Made by a program: the position numbers and the translations under genes. The notes under the pieces were generated by a model. It did no database searches. It saw only the letters and a program-made list of their open reading frames with translations, and had not been told where the DNA came from. Positions 1-9,051 of a stretch of DNA of 64,000 nucleotides are shown one piece after another. The stretch comes from Dehalococcoidia bacterium (GTDB lineage Bacteria > Chloroflexota > Dehalococcoidia > Bin125), in the NCBI GenBank assembly GCA_965211635.1, contig OZ242948.1, forward strand, positions 99,730 to 163,729. Direction: 5' to 3'. The stretch's first letter is position 1. Each line of letters opens with the position of its first letter.

Positions 1-696
1 ATTCCCGGAGATGACTGGAATCGTATCGCCCAGGCTGCCGCCGACGCTCATGCACACGTGGTGATCGGCGTCAACGAGCGCGAGCCGCAGGCCGGCACGA
101 TCTACAACACGCTCGCTTACCTCGGTCCCGACGGCGCGCTGCTGGGTAAGCATCGCAAGCTCGTGCCTACGCTCTCCGAGCGGCTGATCTGGGGCTACGG
201 CGACGGCTCCGACCTCGATGTCTACGACACCGAAGTTGGCCGTCTCGGCGGCCTGATCTGCTACGAACACCAGATGGCGCCGGCTCGCTACGCGCTCTCG
301 ACGCTCGGCATCCAGGTCCACGCTTCGGTCTGGCCGGGCTGGGAACAGCTTCACCCGGTGATCGATGCCGCGACGCGCCATCTCGCCTACGAGAACGCCT
401 GCTACGTGATCGTCGCGCGCGAGACAATGTCGCCCGACCTGCTCCCCGGCGGCACTCCGCTGGCCGAGGAACCGTTCTGGCACGCGTCGGGCGGTTCCGC
501 GATCATCGCGCCCGGCGGAAAGTACCTGGTCGAGCCGGTCACCGATCAGGAGACGATCATCTACGCCGAGGTCGATCTTGAGTCGACCATCGAATCGAAG
601 CGCTGGGTCGACTCCGCCGGTCACTACGCCCGTCCTGATGTGTTCCAACTCCAGTGGGACAAACGCCCCAAACCTCCTGTCGTGATCAATGACTGA
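1..696 (+). CDS. Carbon-nitrogen hydrolase (nitrilase/cyanide hydratase family), 5'-truncated by window start
   Basis: Frame 1 reads continuously from base 1 (…DDWNRIAQAAADAHAHVVIGVNERE…). Nitrilase-family catalytic Cys context (…GGLICYEHQMAPARYAL…). Stop TGA at 694-696. Confidence 0.8.
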   Translation: MPGDDWNRIAQAAADAHAHVVIGVNEREPQAGTIYNTLAYLGPDGALLGKHRKLVPTLSERLIWGYGDGSDLDVYDTEVGRLGGLICYEHQMAPARYALSTLGIQVHASVWPGWEQLHPVIDAATRHLAYENACYVIVARETMSPDLLPGGTPLAEEPFWHASGGSAIIAPGGKYLVEPVTDQETIIYAEVDLESTIESKRWVDSAGHYARPDVFQLQWDKRPKPPVVIND

Positions 697-1750
697 ACCG
701 AACACCAAGCCGGGGCCCTACGACGCGATCACCGATGTGCCTGGCCTTGAGGTCGGCCACTACACCGATCTGCAGAACGCCACCGGCTGCACGGTCGCGT
801 TGGCGCGCGCCGGCGCGACGCCGGGTGTGTTCCAGCCCGGTGGCGCGCCGGGCACGCTGGACACCGACCTCGCCGTCGCCGAAAACGCCATCCAAGAAGT
901 GCACGCCGTGCTCCTGACTGGTGGAAGCACCATCGGCCTCGACGCCGCCGAGGGGGTGCGCCGCTTCCTCAAGGAGTCCGGTGTCGGCTTACCGCTGATG
1001 CCAGAGCTTGAGCCGCTGCCCCTGGTCATGGGCGCAGTCGTCTTCGACCTGGCGATCGGCAACGTTGTGCACCCATCGGGCGACAGCGGCTACGCGGCCG
1101 CGTCGACTGCGACGAGCGAAGCCCTGGAACAAGGATCGGTCGGCGTGGGCACCGGCTGCACGGTCGCCAAGGCCGGGCGTCCGGACACCCTGCTCAAGGG
1201 CGGTGTGGGCAGCGCCTCGCTGGTTCACGAGTCCGGGCTGGTCGTCGGGGCACTGGTCGCGACCAACTCCGTCGGCGACATCGTCGACCCGGCGACCGGC
1301 GAGTTGGCTGCCGGATCTCGCGGCGAGCATCGCGGTGAGATGTCACGATCAGCTGAGCTGCTGCTTGACCGCTCGTTGGCCGAGTTCGAGGAGCTTCAAC
1401 AAACGCGTCCCAACTTCAGCAGCGATACGCCCGGCACGAACACGACGCTCGCCCTGATCGCGACCAATGCCAAGCTGCACAAGGGGACGGCGAAGCGCCT
1501 CGCGATCATGGGATCGGCCGGCCTCGCCAGAACAATCAACCCCGTCTTCACACCTGGCGACGGCGACACGATCTTCACGCTCGCCACCGGCGAGATCGAT
1601 GTGACCAGCATCCCGGCGATGCTCACGCTCACGGGGACGATGGCGGCCGAGGCCGTCGCCGTAGCCACGCTGCGCAGCGTGCTGGAGGCGGAGTCCCTGG
1701 CCGATGCGCCCTCGGTCTCGGAGTGGCTCGGACGCGGCAATGTCGGCTGA
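689..1750 (+). CDS. DmpA/P1 (S58) family aminopeptidase
   Basis: …ITDVPGLEVGHYTD…TGCTVALA… resembles the DmpA/L-aminopeptidase D-Ala-esterase family. 8-nt overlap with the upstream gene. Confidence 0.7.
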   Translation: MTEPNTKPGPYDAITDVPGLEVGHYTDLQNATGCTVALARAGATPGVFQPGGAPGTLDTDLAVAENAIQEVHAVLLTGGSTIGLDAAEGVRRFLKESGVGLPLMPELEPLPLVMGAVVFDLAIGNVVHPSGDSGYAAASTATSEALEQGSVGVGTGCTVAKAGRPDTLLKGGVGSASLVHESGLVVGALVATNSVGDIVDPATGELAAGSRGEHRGEMSRSAELLLDRSLAEFEELQQTRPNFSSDTPGTNTTLALIATNAKLHKGTAKRLAIMGSAGLARTINPVFTPGDGDTIFTLATGEIDVTSIPAMLTLTGTMAAEAVAVATLRSVLEAESLADAPSVSEWLGRGNVG

Positions 1751-1762
1751 TACGATTCGGCA

Positions 1763-2551
1763 ATGACCGAACGACCACTGGTGCTCGCCACCAACGACGA
1801 CGGCATCGAGGCGCCGGGACTCTGGCGTCTGGCCGAGGCAGTCTCCGAGTTCGCCGATGTTCTCGTCGTCGCTCCCGCTTTCAATCAGTCAGGGATGTCG
1901 GCCGCGTTCACCCTGCGCCAGGAACTCGAAGCTGAACGCGCACACTCGCAAATCGACGGCATCGACGCCTTCCAGGTCAACGGCACTCCGACCGACGCAG
2001 TTCTGCACGGCATCCGCCACCTCGCGCCGCGTCACATCGACATGATCGTCTCCGGCGTCAATCCCGGACCCAACGTCGGCCGCGATATCCTCCACTCCGG
2101 TACCGTCATGGCCGCGATGCAGGGCTACCTGCGCAACTTGCCCAGCGTCGCCGCCTCGCTGTGGTCGTTCGAGGAGGATCACCTGCGCGACGCCGCGCTC
2201 GTCGCCGGACGCATCGCCGGTCGACTGCTGGCTAGCGGCCAGGTCCAGTTCCTCAATGTCAATGCCCCCGACCTGCCGCTGGCCGAGTTCAACGGCATCC
2301 GCGTCACACCGGTCGCCGACGTATCGCCTTCGCGCGTGATCGACCGGATCGATGAGCACGGCGCAACCCACCGGCAGCTCGTCCTCCGACCGGGCGCCGA
2401 GATCGCTCCCGACACCGATGTCGCCGCCATCCTCGAAGGCGCGGTTACAGTGACGCCGTTGCACAACGACCTCACCTTTCACGCCAAGCTGACCGAGGCG
2501 GCCGGCATCCTCGGCGACGCGGACACGCTGTTGAGCAGCGCGATAGACTGA
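1763..2551 (+). CDS. surE: 5'/3'-nucleotidase SurE
   Basis: N-terminal …LVLATNDDGIEAPGL… is the SurE signature. Confidence 0.85.
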   Translation: MTERPLVLATNDDGIEAPGLWRLAEAVSEFADVLVVAPAFNQSGMSAAFTLRQELEAERAHSQIDGIDAFQVNGTPTDAVLHGIRHLAPRHIDMIVSGVNPGPNVGRDILHSGTVMAAMQGYLRNLPSVAASLWSFEEDHLRDAALVAGRIAGRLLASGQVQFLNVNAPDLPLAEFNGIRVTPVADVSPSRVIDRIDEHGATHRQLVLRPGAEIAPDTDVAAILEGAVTVTPLHNDLTFHAKLTEAAGILGDADTLLSSAID

Positions 2552-2606
2552 GCCTCCCTACCTCGGGATTCCCCCTTCTTACGTACTGACGCACGGGAGT
2601 TCGAGC

Positions 2607-3353
2607 ATGGCAGGCCATTCCAAATGGGCTCAGATCAAGCGCAAGAAGGGCGTTACCGACGCCAAGCGCGGGCAGCTCTTCACCAAGCTGGGACGTGAGA
2701 TCGCCGTTGCCGTCCGCTCGGGCGGTCCCAAGATCGAGGAAAACTCCGCCTTGCGGCTCGCGGTCGAGCGAGCCAAAGCCTCGAACATGCCCAACGCCAA
2801 CATCGATCGCGCGATCGAGCGCGCCTCCGGCGGCGCCGACGGCTCGCAGCTCGAGCAGATCCGCTACGAGGCCTACGGCCCCGGCGGCGCAGCCCTGCTG
2901 ATCGATTCGCTGACCGACAACCGCAACCGCACGGTCGCCGAGGTCCGCGCCACCCTGACCCGAGCCGGCACTGGCATGGCCGAGTCGGGCGCCGTCGCCT
3001 GGCTCTTCGAGCAAAAGGGCGTGATCGCGATTGACGTAGATGAGAGCGCGGATCCCGACGACATCGCGCTCGCCGCGATCGACGGCGGGGCGGAAGATGT
3101 CGCGGTTGATGAGGGCCTGGTCGAAGTCATCACCGCACCCTCGGATCTTGAGTCGGCCCGTAGCGCCGTGGAAGAGTTGGGTGCGCCTGTCGCCTCAGCC
3201 GAGGTCGTCATGCGCGCCACCAACACTGTCCCCGTCGACACCGATCAGGCGGCCAAGCTGCTGCGCCTGATCGACTCGCTTGAAGACCTCGACGACGTCC
3301 AGCGAGTCTTCACCAACGCCGACTTCCCCGACGCCGCGCTCGTCGAGGCGTAG
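2607..3353 (+). CDS. yebC: YebC/PmpR family DNA-binding transcriptional regulator
   Basis: MAGHSKWAQIKRKKG…AKRGQLFTKL… is the highly conserved YebC N-terminus. Confidence 0.9.
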   Translation: MAGHSKWAQIKRKKGVTDAKRGQLFTKLGREIAVAVRSGGPKIEENSALRLAVERAKASNMPNANIDRAIERASGGADGSQLEQIRYEAYGPGGAALLIDSLTDNRNRTVAEVRATLTRAGTGMAESGAVAWLFEQKGVIAIDVDESADPDDIALAAIDGGAEDVAVDEGLVEVITAPSDLESARSAVEELGAPVASAEVVMRATNTVPVDTDQAAKLLRLIDSLEDLDDVQRVFTNADFPDAALVEA

Positions 3354-3362
3354 ACTCGATCC

Positions 3363-3857
3363 ATGGCTCGCATCCTCGGCGTCGACCCCGGCCTCAATGC
3401 CACTGGTTGGGGATTGCTGGAGATCACAGCGGTCGGCGCCGCTCACCTGCGCTGGGGCACGGTCCGCCCGCCCGAAGCGTCGCTGGCCGAGCGGCTGCAC
3501 GTCATCAACACTGGGGTCAGCGACTTGCTTGAGCGCCACAAGCCTGACGCCGTCGCGATCGAGCGGCCCTTCAATCACCGCAACGTCAAGACCGCGGTGC
3601 TGTTGGGACAAGCGCAGGCCGCCGCCATGATCGCCGCCGCCGCGGTCGACATCCCGGTCTTCGAGTATCCGCCCCGCCAGGTCAAGCAGGCGGTCGCTGG
3701 GCTCGGTTCCGCCGACAAGCAGGCAGTCCAGCAGGCGCTCGCCACACGGCTGGGACTGGCCGAGTTGGATGCGCCCGTCGACGCGGCCGACGCCCTCGCG
3801 GTCGCTTTCTGCCATCACCTGATGACGCCCATCGGCGCGACCTTGGATGTCCAGTGA
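3363..3857 (+). CDS. ruvC: Holliday junction resolvase RuvC
   Basis: MARILGVDPGLNATGWGLLE… matches the RuvC N-terminus and catalytic Asp context. 4-nt overlap with ruvA. Confidence 0.9.
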   Translation: MARILGVDPGLNATGWGLLEITAVGAAHLRWGTVRPPEASLAERLHVINTGVSDLLERHKPDAVAIERPFNHRNVKTAVLLGQAQAAAMIAAAAVDIPVFEYPPRQVKQAVAGLGSADKQAVQQALATRLGLAELDAPVDAADALAVAFCHHLMTPIGATLDVQ

Positions 3858-4504
3858 TCTCCCGCATCCGCGGTCGAGCGGTCGACTGGCACGAGGACAG
3901 ACAGAGCGTCGAGATCGACACCGGCTCGGAGGCTGGCGGCCTGGTCTACGAGGTCCTCCTGCCAACCGCCGTCTGGCTGGCGCTGGAAGACTCGCGGCCC
4001 GATGCCCTCGACCTCTACACCCACTACCACGTGCCCGATCGCGCGCCGGTCCCTGTCCTAATCGGCTTCCTCCGACAGACCGAACGGGACTTCTTCCGCA
4101 AGCTGATCGGCGTGCCGCAGATGGGCGTGGCCAAGGCGCAACAGGCGCTGGCCGCCTCCGTCTCGACCATCGCCCAGGCGATCGAGGCCGAGGACCGCCG
4201 CACCCTGACGCAACTCCCCGGCATCGGCGCCCGCCAGGCCGACCGCATTATCGCCGATCTCAAGGGCAAAGTGGTCGAGGAGGCGCTGCTAGTCGATGAG
4301 GGCTTCGACACGAAGACTCGTCGCCCGGTTAGGCCGACCGACGCCATCGCAGAGGACGCAACCGAAGCCCTCGTCGTCCTCGGCTACACCCGCCGCGACG
4401 CCGACCGCTGGATCGCCGCCGTGCTCGGCGCACCGGATCTCGAATCCCCCGAAACCACTGAAGACCTCCTCCGAGCCGTCCTCGAACACATCGGCTCAAC
4501 ATAG
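3854..4504 (+). CDS. ruvA: Holliday junction DNA helicase subunit RuvA
   Basis: MISRIRG…VEIDTGS…GLVYEVLLP… is the RuvA domain I OB fold. HhH region …LIGVPQMGVAKAQQAL…. Sits directly after ruvC. Confidence 0.85.
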   Translation: MISRIRGRAVDWHEDRQSVEIDTGSEAGGLVYEVLLPTAVWLALEDSRPDALDLYTHYHVPDRAPVPVLIGFLRQTERDFFRKLIGVPQMGVAKAQQALAASVSTIAQAIEAEDRRTLTQLPGIGARQADRIIADLKGKVVEEALLVDEGFDTKTRRPVRPTDAIAEDATEALVVLGYTRRDADRWIAAVLGAPDLESPETTEDLLRAVLEHIGST

Positions 4505-4573
4505 CGCCAGGCCACACGTACCCGTTCTGTTCTCCCCCGGCGCAAGGAGACCTTCGCGCAGTCCTCTCACTCC

Positions 4574-4624
4574 CTCTCCCCCCGCGCAAGCGGGGGGAGA
4601 TGCCGAAGGCAGAGGGGGGCTCCC
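4574..4624 (+). repeat. REP/RPE-like structured repeat, copy 1 (core)
   Basis: ctctccccccGCGCAAGCggggggagATGCCGAAGGCAGaggggggctcc. C6/G6 hairpin, a small GCC-GAA-GGC hairpin, then a G-run. Lies between convergent ruvA and the VOC gene. Confidence 0.85.
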
Positions 4625-4719
4625 GCGCTCGAACTTACCTCCATCCCGCCGACCACCTGATGCCAAGCCAGGCCGGATCCCTCCCCAATCCCCAGGTCGG
4701 ATGGCCTCGTCGGCCTTCA

Positions 4720-5103
4720 CTACGTCTGCATGATCTGGATCAGGTTGCCGCAGGTGTCGTCGAAGACCGCAATAGTGACATCGCCCATCGCTGTCGGCTC
4801 CATCACGAAAGCGACGCCCAGCGACTTCAGCTTCTCGTGCTCTGCGTGGATGTCCGTAACGCCAAAGGAGGTCGCTGGGATGCCCTGATCAAACAACCCT
4901 TTCTGGTATGCCTGCGCTACCGGGTTTTCGTTCGGTTCGAGCAGCAGCTCGGTCCCATCTGGGTCATCGGGCGAGACGACGGTCAACCACTTGAACTCCC
5001 CCGCAGGGACTTCTTGCTGCTTCACGAATCCCAGGATCTCTGTGTAGAACCTCAGAGCGTCGTCCTGATCGCCTACGAACACGCCGGTGTGGGTAATGCG
5101 CAT
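4720..5103 (-). CDS. VOC/glyoxalase-bleomycin resistance family protein
   Basis: MRITHTGVFVGDQDDALRFYTEILGF… is a glyoxalase-fold N-terminus. The ORF extends to 5157, but the MRITH start (5103) avoids overlap with arsR. Confidence 0.6.
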   Translation of the reverse strand: MRITHTGVFVGDQDDALRFYTEILGFVKQQEVPAGEFKWLTVVSPDDPDGTELLLEPNENPVAQAYQKGLFDQGIPATSFGVTDIHAEHEKLKSLGVAFVMEPTAMGDVTIAVFDDTCGNLIQIMQT

Positions 5104-5144
5104 GTCTAGTCTCCTGTATTGCTCAGCCTGTTGTTCCCAGCGTG

Positions 5145-5417
5145 CTACTTGAGCCATCGATCCATGGCAGCTCTGAGAGGTTCGTCGTTGAAGACGAGCA
5201 TCCGATACTTGCCGCGCTTCTCCGAGCTCACGAGCCCTGCTTGCTCCAAGACATCGATGTGCTTAGCCATGGCCTGTCGCGAGATAGCGATTTCATGCCT
5301 CATGATCATGCGCGCGGTGAGCTCGTATAGCGTCTGCTCGTTGCGCTCGGTGAGTTCGTCCAGCATCAACCTCCGCGTTGGGTCCGCGAGCGCCCTGAAG
5401 ACCAGGTCGTTGTGCAT
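5145..5417 (-). CDS. ArsR/SmtB family transcriptional regulator
   Basis: …FRALADPTRRLMLDEL…TLYELTARM…ISRQAMAKHIDVLEQAGLV… is the ArsR wHTH. Start taken at MHNDL (the ORF extends to 5450). Confidence 0.7.
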   Translation of the reverse strand: MHNDLVFRALADPTRRLMLDELTERNEQTLYELTARMIMRHEIAISRQAMAKHIDVLEQAGLVSSEKRGKYRMLVFNDEPLRAAMDRWLK

Positions 5418-5432
5418 GCGGAGTAATGTTAC

Positions 5433-5448
5433 GCAACCACATGGTTGC
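5433..5448. promoter_or_regulatory. Candidate ArsR operator (6-4-6 inverted repeat GCAACC-acat-GGTTGC)
   Basis: Perfect inverted repeat 16-31 nt upstream of the arsR start codon. ArsR/SmtB regulators typically autoregulate through such palindromes. Confidence 0.3.
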
Positions 5449-5514
5449 ATGTCAAGTGGCAGTCTCCAGGGCAGACAGGTTCCAATACCCTGAACTGCGC
5501 GAAACAGCCCTCAA

Positions 5515-5528
5515 TGTTCAATAGAACG
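5515..5528. promoter_or_regulatory. Candidate SOS/LexA-type box TGTTC-N4-GAAC upstream of uvrB
   Basis: TGTTCaataGAACg lies ~90 nt upstream of the uvrB start. Resembles the TGTTC-N4-GAACA-type LexA motifs described in some phyla. Assignment is speculative. Confidence 0.2.
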
Positions 5529-5615
5529 CATGTCCATGTATGATCGTCACAACCAGCGCATCCTCAGCGCGAACAGCAACTCCACGATGCCGACAATCTC
5601 GCTAAGCTCTCTCTG

Positions 5616-7757
5616 ATGACCACCGCCAGCGCCCCCGTCCGCAACTCGAAACCGTTTGAGCTCAGCGCCGACTATCGGCCGACCGGCGATCAGCCGTACG
5701 CCATTGATCGGCTGGTGGAGGGTCTCACTCAAGGCCACCGCGCCCAGACTCTGCTCGGCGTCACCGGGTCGGGCAAAACCTTCACGATGGCCAACGTCGT
5801 CGCGCAGCTCAATCGACCGACCTTGGTCCTCGCGCACAACAAGACGCTCGCCGCCCAGCTCTGCACCGAGTTCCGCGATTTTTTCCCCAACAACGCGGTC
5901 GAGTACTTCGTTTCCTACTACGACTACTACCAACCCGAGGCCTACATCCCTCGCTCCGACACTTACATCGCCAAGGAGTCGGACATCAACGACGAGATCG
6001 ACAAGCTGCGCCACGCCGCAACCCGAGCGCTGTTTGAGCGCCGCGACGTGCTGATCGTCGCCTCCGTCTCCTGCATCTACGGTCTGGGCGAGCCCGAGGA
6101 CTACCAGGGCATGGTGCTGAGCATGGAGGTGGGCAAGCCCTACTCGCGCAACCTGATCCTGCGCCGACTGGTCGATCAGCAGTACGAGCGGGATGAACTC
6201 ACCCTCTCGCGCGGCAAGTTCCGCATTCGCGGCGATACCTTGACCATCCATCCCTCATACGAAGACCTCGCTGTCCGCGTCCAGTTCTGGGACGACGAGG
6301 TCGAACGAATCGTCGAGCTGGATCCGCTGACCGGAGAGATTCTCGCCGACCGAGACCGCGTCGACATCTACCCGGCCAAACACTTCGTCACTACCGACGA
6401 GCGTATGGCCGCCGCAGTCGAAGACATCCAGGCCGAACTGGCCCAGCGGCTGGAAGAACTGCGCCGCGACGACCGCATCCTCGAAGCCGCGCGGCTCGAA
6501 GAACGCACACGCTACGACCTTGAGACCCTGCGCGAGACCGGCTATTGCCCCGGCATCGAGAACTACTCGCGCCACCTCGCCCGCCGCGCCGCCGGCTCGA
6601 CTCCCTGGACCCTGCTCGACTACTTCCCCGAAGACTGGCTCCTCTTTATCGACGAGTCCCACATGACCATTCCCCAGGTGCGCGGCATGTACGGCGGCGA
6701 CACCTCGCGCAAGCAGACGCTGGTCGACTTCGGATTCCGTTTGCCCTCGGCGATCGACAACCGCCCGCTCAACATCGACGAGTTTGAGCGTCACATCAAC
6801 CAGGTCGTCTTCGTCTCCGCCACGCCGGCCGCCTACGAGCGCAACCACTCCGCCGAGATCGTCGAGCAACTCATTCGCCCCACCGGACTGCTTGATCCCG
6901 ATGTTGAAGTGCGCGGCACCGACGGACAGATCGATGATCTCGTCAGCGAAATCAAGACTCGCGCCGAGCGCGGCGAGCGCACCCTCGTTACAACACTGAC
7001 CAAGAAGATGGCCGAAGACCTGGCAGACTACCTGCGCGAGGTCGGCATCCGTACCTACTACCTGCACTCCGAGCAGGACGCCTTCCAGCGGGTCGAGGTG
7101 CTGCGCGACCTGCGCCTCGGCGTGTTCGACTGCCTGGTCGGGATCAACCTGCTGCGCGAAGGACTCGACCTGCCGGAGGTTTCGCTCGTCGCCGTGCTCG
7201 ACGCGGACAAGGAGGGCTTCCTGCGCAACGAAGGCTCCATGGTCCAGACCATCGGACGCGCCGCCCGGCACGTCAATTCCCACGCGATCCTCTACGCCGA
7301 TCGCGTAACCGACTCGATGCGGCGGGCGATGGACGAGACCCACCGTCGGCGCACCGCGCAGCACGAATACAACCTCAAGCACCAGATCACGCCGGTCGGG
7401 ATCACCAAGGAGATCCGCGACATTGCCAGCGATGTTGCCAACCAGGTCCGCGAAGAGTTCGAGCTGAGGGCGGTGGCAGAGGACGGCCCCGCGTACAACG
7501 GGGAATTGGGCGCAAACGTTCCGGATGATCTGACGCCTGACCAGATCGCGCGGATGATCAGCGAACTTGAATCGCGGATGAAGCAGGCCGCGCGCGATCT
7601 CGAGTTTGAGAAAGCGGCAGCGCTGCGCGACCAGATCGTGGAGCTGCGACGCGACCAGGCCGCCCTGGGCGAAGATCTCCAGCAATGGAGTGATCAGGCT
7701 TACGGCCGTCGCCGGCGGCCGCTCAGGCGGCGCGAGCCAGTGTCACGCCAGCGTTAA
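5616..7757 (+). CDS. uvrB: Excinuclease ABC subunit B
   Basis: …[14 protein letters not shown]… Walker A. Helicase motifs present. C-terminal UVR domain …[13 protein letters not shown]…. Confidence 0.95.
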   Translation: MTTASAPVRNSKPFELSADYRPTGDQPYAIDRLVEGLTQGHRAQTLLGVTGSGKTFTMANVVAQLNRPTLVLAHNKTLAAQLCTEFRDFFPNNAVEYFVSYYDYYQPEAYIPRSDTYIAKESDINDEIDKLRHAATRALFERRDVLIVASVSCIYGLGEPEDYQGMVLSMEVGKPYSRNLILRRLVDQQYERDELTLSRGKFRIRGDTLTIHPSYEDLAVRVQFWDDEVERIVELDPLTGEILADRDRVDIYPAKHFVTTDERMAAAVEDIQAELAQRLEELRRDDRILEAARLEERTRYDLETLRETGYCPGIENYSRHLARRAAGSTPWTLLDYFPEDWLLFIDESHMTIPQVRGMYGGDTSRKQTLVDFGFRLPSAIDNRPLNIDEFERHINQVVFVSATPAAYERNHSAEIVEQLIRPTGLLDPDVEVRGTDGQIDDLVSEIKTRAERGERTLVTTLTKKMAEDLADYLREVGIRTYYLHSEQDAFQRVEVLRDLRLGVFDCLVGINLLREGLDLPEVSLVAVLDADKEGFLRNEGSMVQTIGRAARHVNSHAILYADRVTDSMRRAMDETHRRRTAQHEYNLKHQITPVGITKEIRDIASDVANQVREEFELRAVAEDGPAYNGELGANVPDDLTPDQIARMISELESRMKQAARDLEFEKAAALRDQIVELRRDQAALGEDLQQWSDQAYGRRRRPLRRREPVSRQR

Positions 7758-7887
7758 CCGTCGAATCTGGTGGATTGCTGCTTTGCCGTCCTGCGCTGCT
7801 CTTGATACCGTCAAGCCGACGCTTCCACGTCCGCGCTGTTATCATCTTGCGCGCCTGTCGTGGCAGGCGTGTTGAGGGTGTGCACTC

Positions 7888-8727
7888 GTGGCAGCAGGTA
7901 GCGGACCGGAACGCTGGCAACAGGCGAACGTCGACGCGCCGCCGTCGTGGTTGGGCGGTCGCTCGGAGCAGGAGGAAGCGCGCGCCTGCGCGTTCTGCGG
8001 AGAGGTGCCGCCCCCTGCGTCTTCGTTTTGTCCTAACTGCGGACGCGCCGTGACCGCTGCGCTGTTGCCCCAGCAGGGTGAATCGCTGACCGTTCTCTTC
8101 ACCGACATCGAAGACTCCACCAATCTCACCGAGCGCCTGGGCGATCTGCAATGGGAACAGATCATCGATCTGCACAACGAAATCGTTCGCGAGGAGTTGC
8201 ACCGCCATGCCGGATTCGAGGTCAAGCTGACCGGCGATGGTTTCCTGATCGCCTTCGCAGACGGTATGAATGCGCTCCGCTGCGCCGCCCGCGTGCAGGA
8301 TCAGGTCACCCAGTTTTCCGCCTTGCGGGGAGCAAACTGGCCGGTTTCAGTGCGCATGGGCGTGCACCGAGGCGATGTCATCCTCCGCCCTGGCGGCGAC
8401 ATCCTCGGTCGCACCGTCAACATGGCGGCACGGATCATGGCCAAGGGGCGTGGTGGATCGATCGTCGTATCCCAGGCGCTGCGCGACGATGTCGAGCGCT
8501 TCATCGGCGATGAACTCTGGGTCAATATGGGAGCCCGTCGGATTCGCGGACTCGAGCGGCGCGAGCGCATGTATCTGTTCCGCTGGCCCGAGTTCCTCGA
8601 GTTCGAAGAGGATCAAGGTCGGCCGCGGCCCCAGCGAATTTCCCTGGCCGACGAGTCCTTCGAAGCGGAATCGGATTCGATCTCTGCCCTTGTCAGCGAA
8701 CCTGAGACCGCCGCAATCGACGCGTAG
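7888..8727 (+). CDS. Class III adenylate/guanylate cyclase with N-terminal Cys4 zinc ribbon
   Basis: CAFCGE…CPNCG zinc ribbon. Followed by a CHD core: …LTVLFTDIEDSTNLTERLGD…KLTGDGFLIAF…RMGVHRGDV…. GTG start. Confidence 0.7.
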   Translation: MAAGSGPERWQQANVDAPPSWLGGRSEQEEARACAFCGEVPPPASSFCPNCGRAVTAALLPQQGESLTVLFTDIEDSTNLTERLGDLQWEQIIDLHNEIVREELHRHAGFEVKLTGDGFLIAFADGMNALRCAARVQDQVTQFSALRGANWPVSVRMGVHRGDVILRPGGDILGRTVNMAARIMAKGRGGSIVVSQALRDDVERFIGDELWVNMGARRIRGLERRERMYLFRWPEFLEFEEDQGRPRPQRISLADESFEAESDSISALVSEPETAAIDA

Positions 8728-8851
8728 TTCCGTTTGGAGAGCTGCCCGCAAGTCGCCATGAGTCGGCCCCGCGCCGGCGTGGCCTTCCGGCGCCTATCGA
8801 GCCGCGGATCCTTAGCCCACGGAGAACCCCCTGCGTACGCCTCCGCTTCCT

Positions 8852-8990
8852 CTCTCCCCCGCGAAGCGGGGGGAGATGCCGAAGGCAGAGGGGGTCCGGC
8901 TCGGAGGGAACCCGCGGCTTCCCCCCCAGTCCACCCAATCGAGTCGGGGTTTGGCTATACGGCGCAGGTTCCCCCCGAGGGGGAAGCGGG
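8852..8990 (+). repeat. REP/RPE-like repeat, copy 2 (core 8852-8888 plus extended tail with a C-run/G-run hairpin)
   Basis: Core: ctctcccccGCGAAGCggggggagATGCCGAAGGCAGagggggtcc. Tail contains gcttccccccc … ggttccccccgagggggaagcgg. Lies between convergent cyclase and ftsK. Confidence 0.8.
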
Positions 8991-9051
8991 TGTTCGCAAC
9001 GGTCTCCTTGCGTGGGGACGTCATCGTCACGGGACCACCCGCAGGTCTCCG

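Noticed and set aside
4504-4720. A hidden ruvB fragment downstream of ruvA
   Set aside because: The gap is only ~215 nt and is occupied by the REP copy. No Walker A or RuvB-like frame is present.
6255-7685. Long antisense ORFs (e.g. 6255-7685 -, 5547-6251 -, 10210-11490 +, 12547-13842 +, 19610-20599 -, 20671-21690 -, 23382-25175 -, 37539-38603 -, 44884-46014 -, 49979-51571 +, 52177-52908 +)
   Set aside because: Each lies opposite a gene with clear family motifs. Their proteins are Arg/Ala/Gly-rich low-complexity, as expected from stop-codon-poor antisense frames in ~67% GC DNA.
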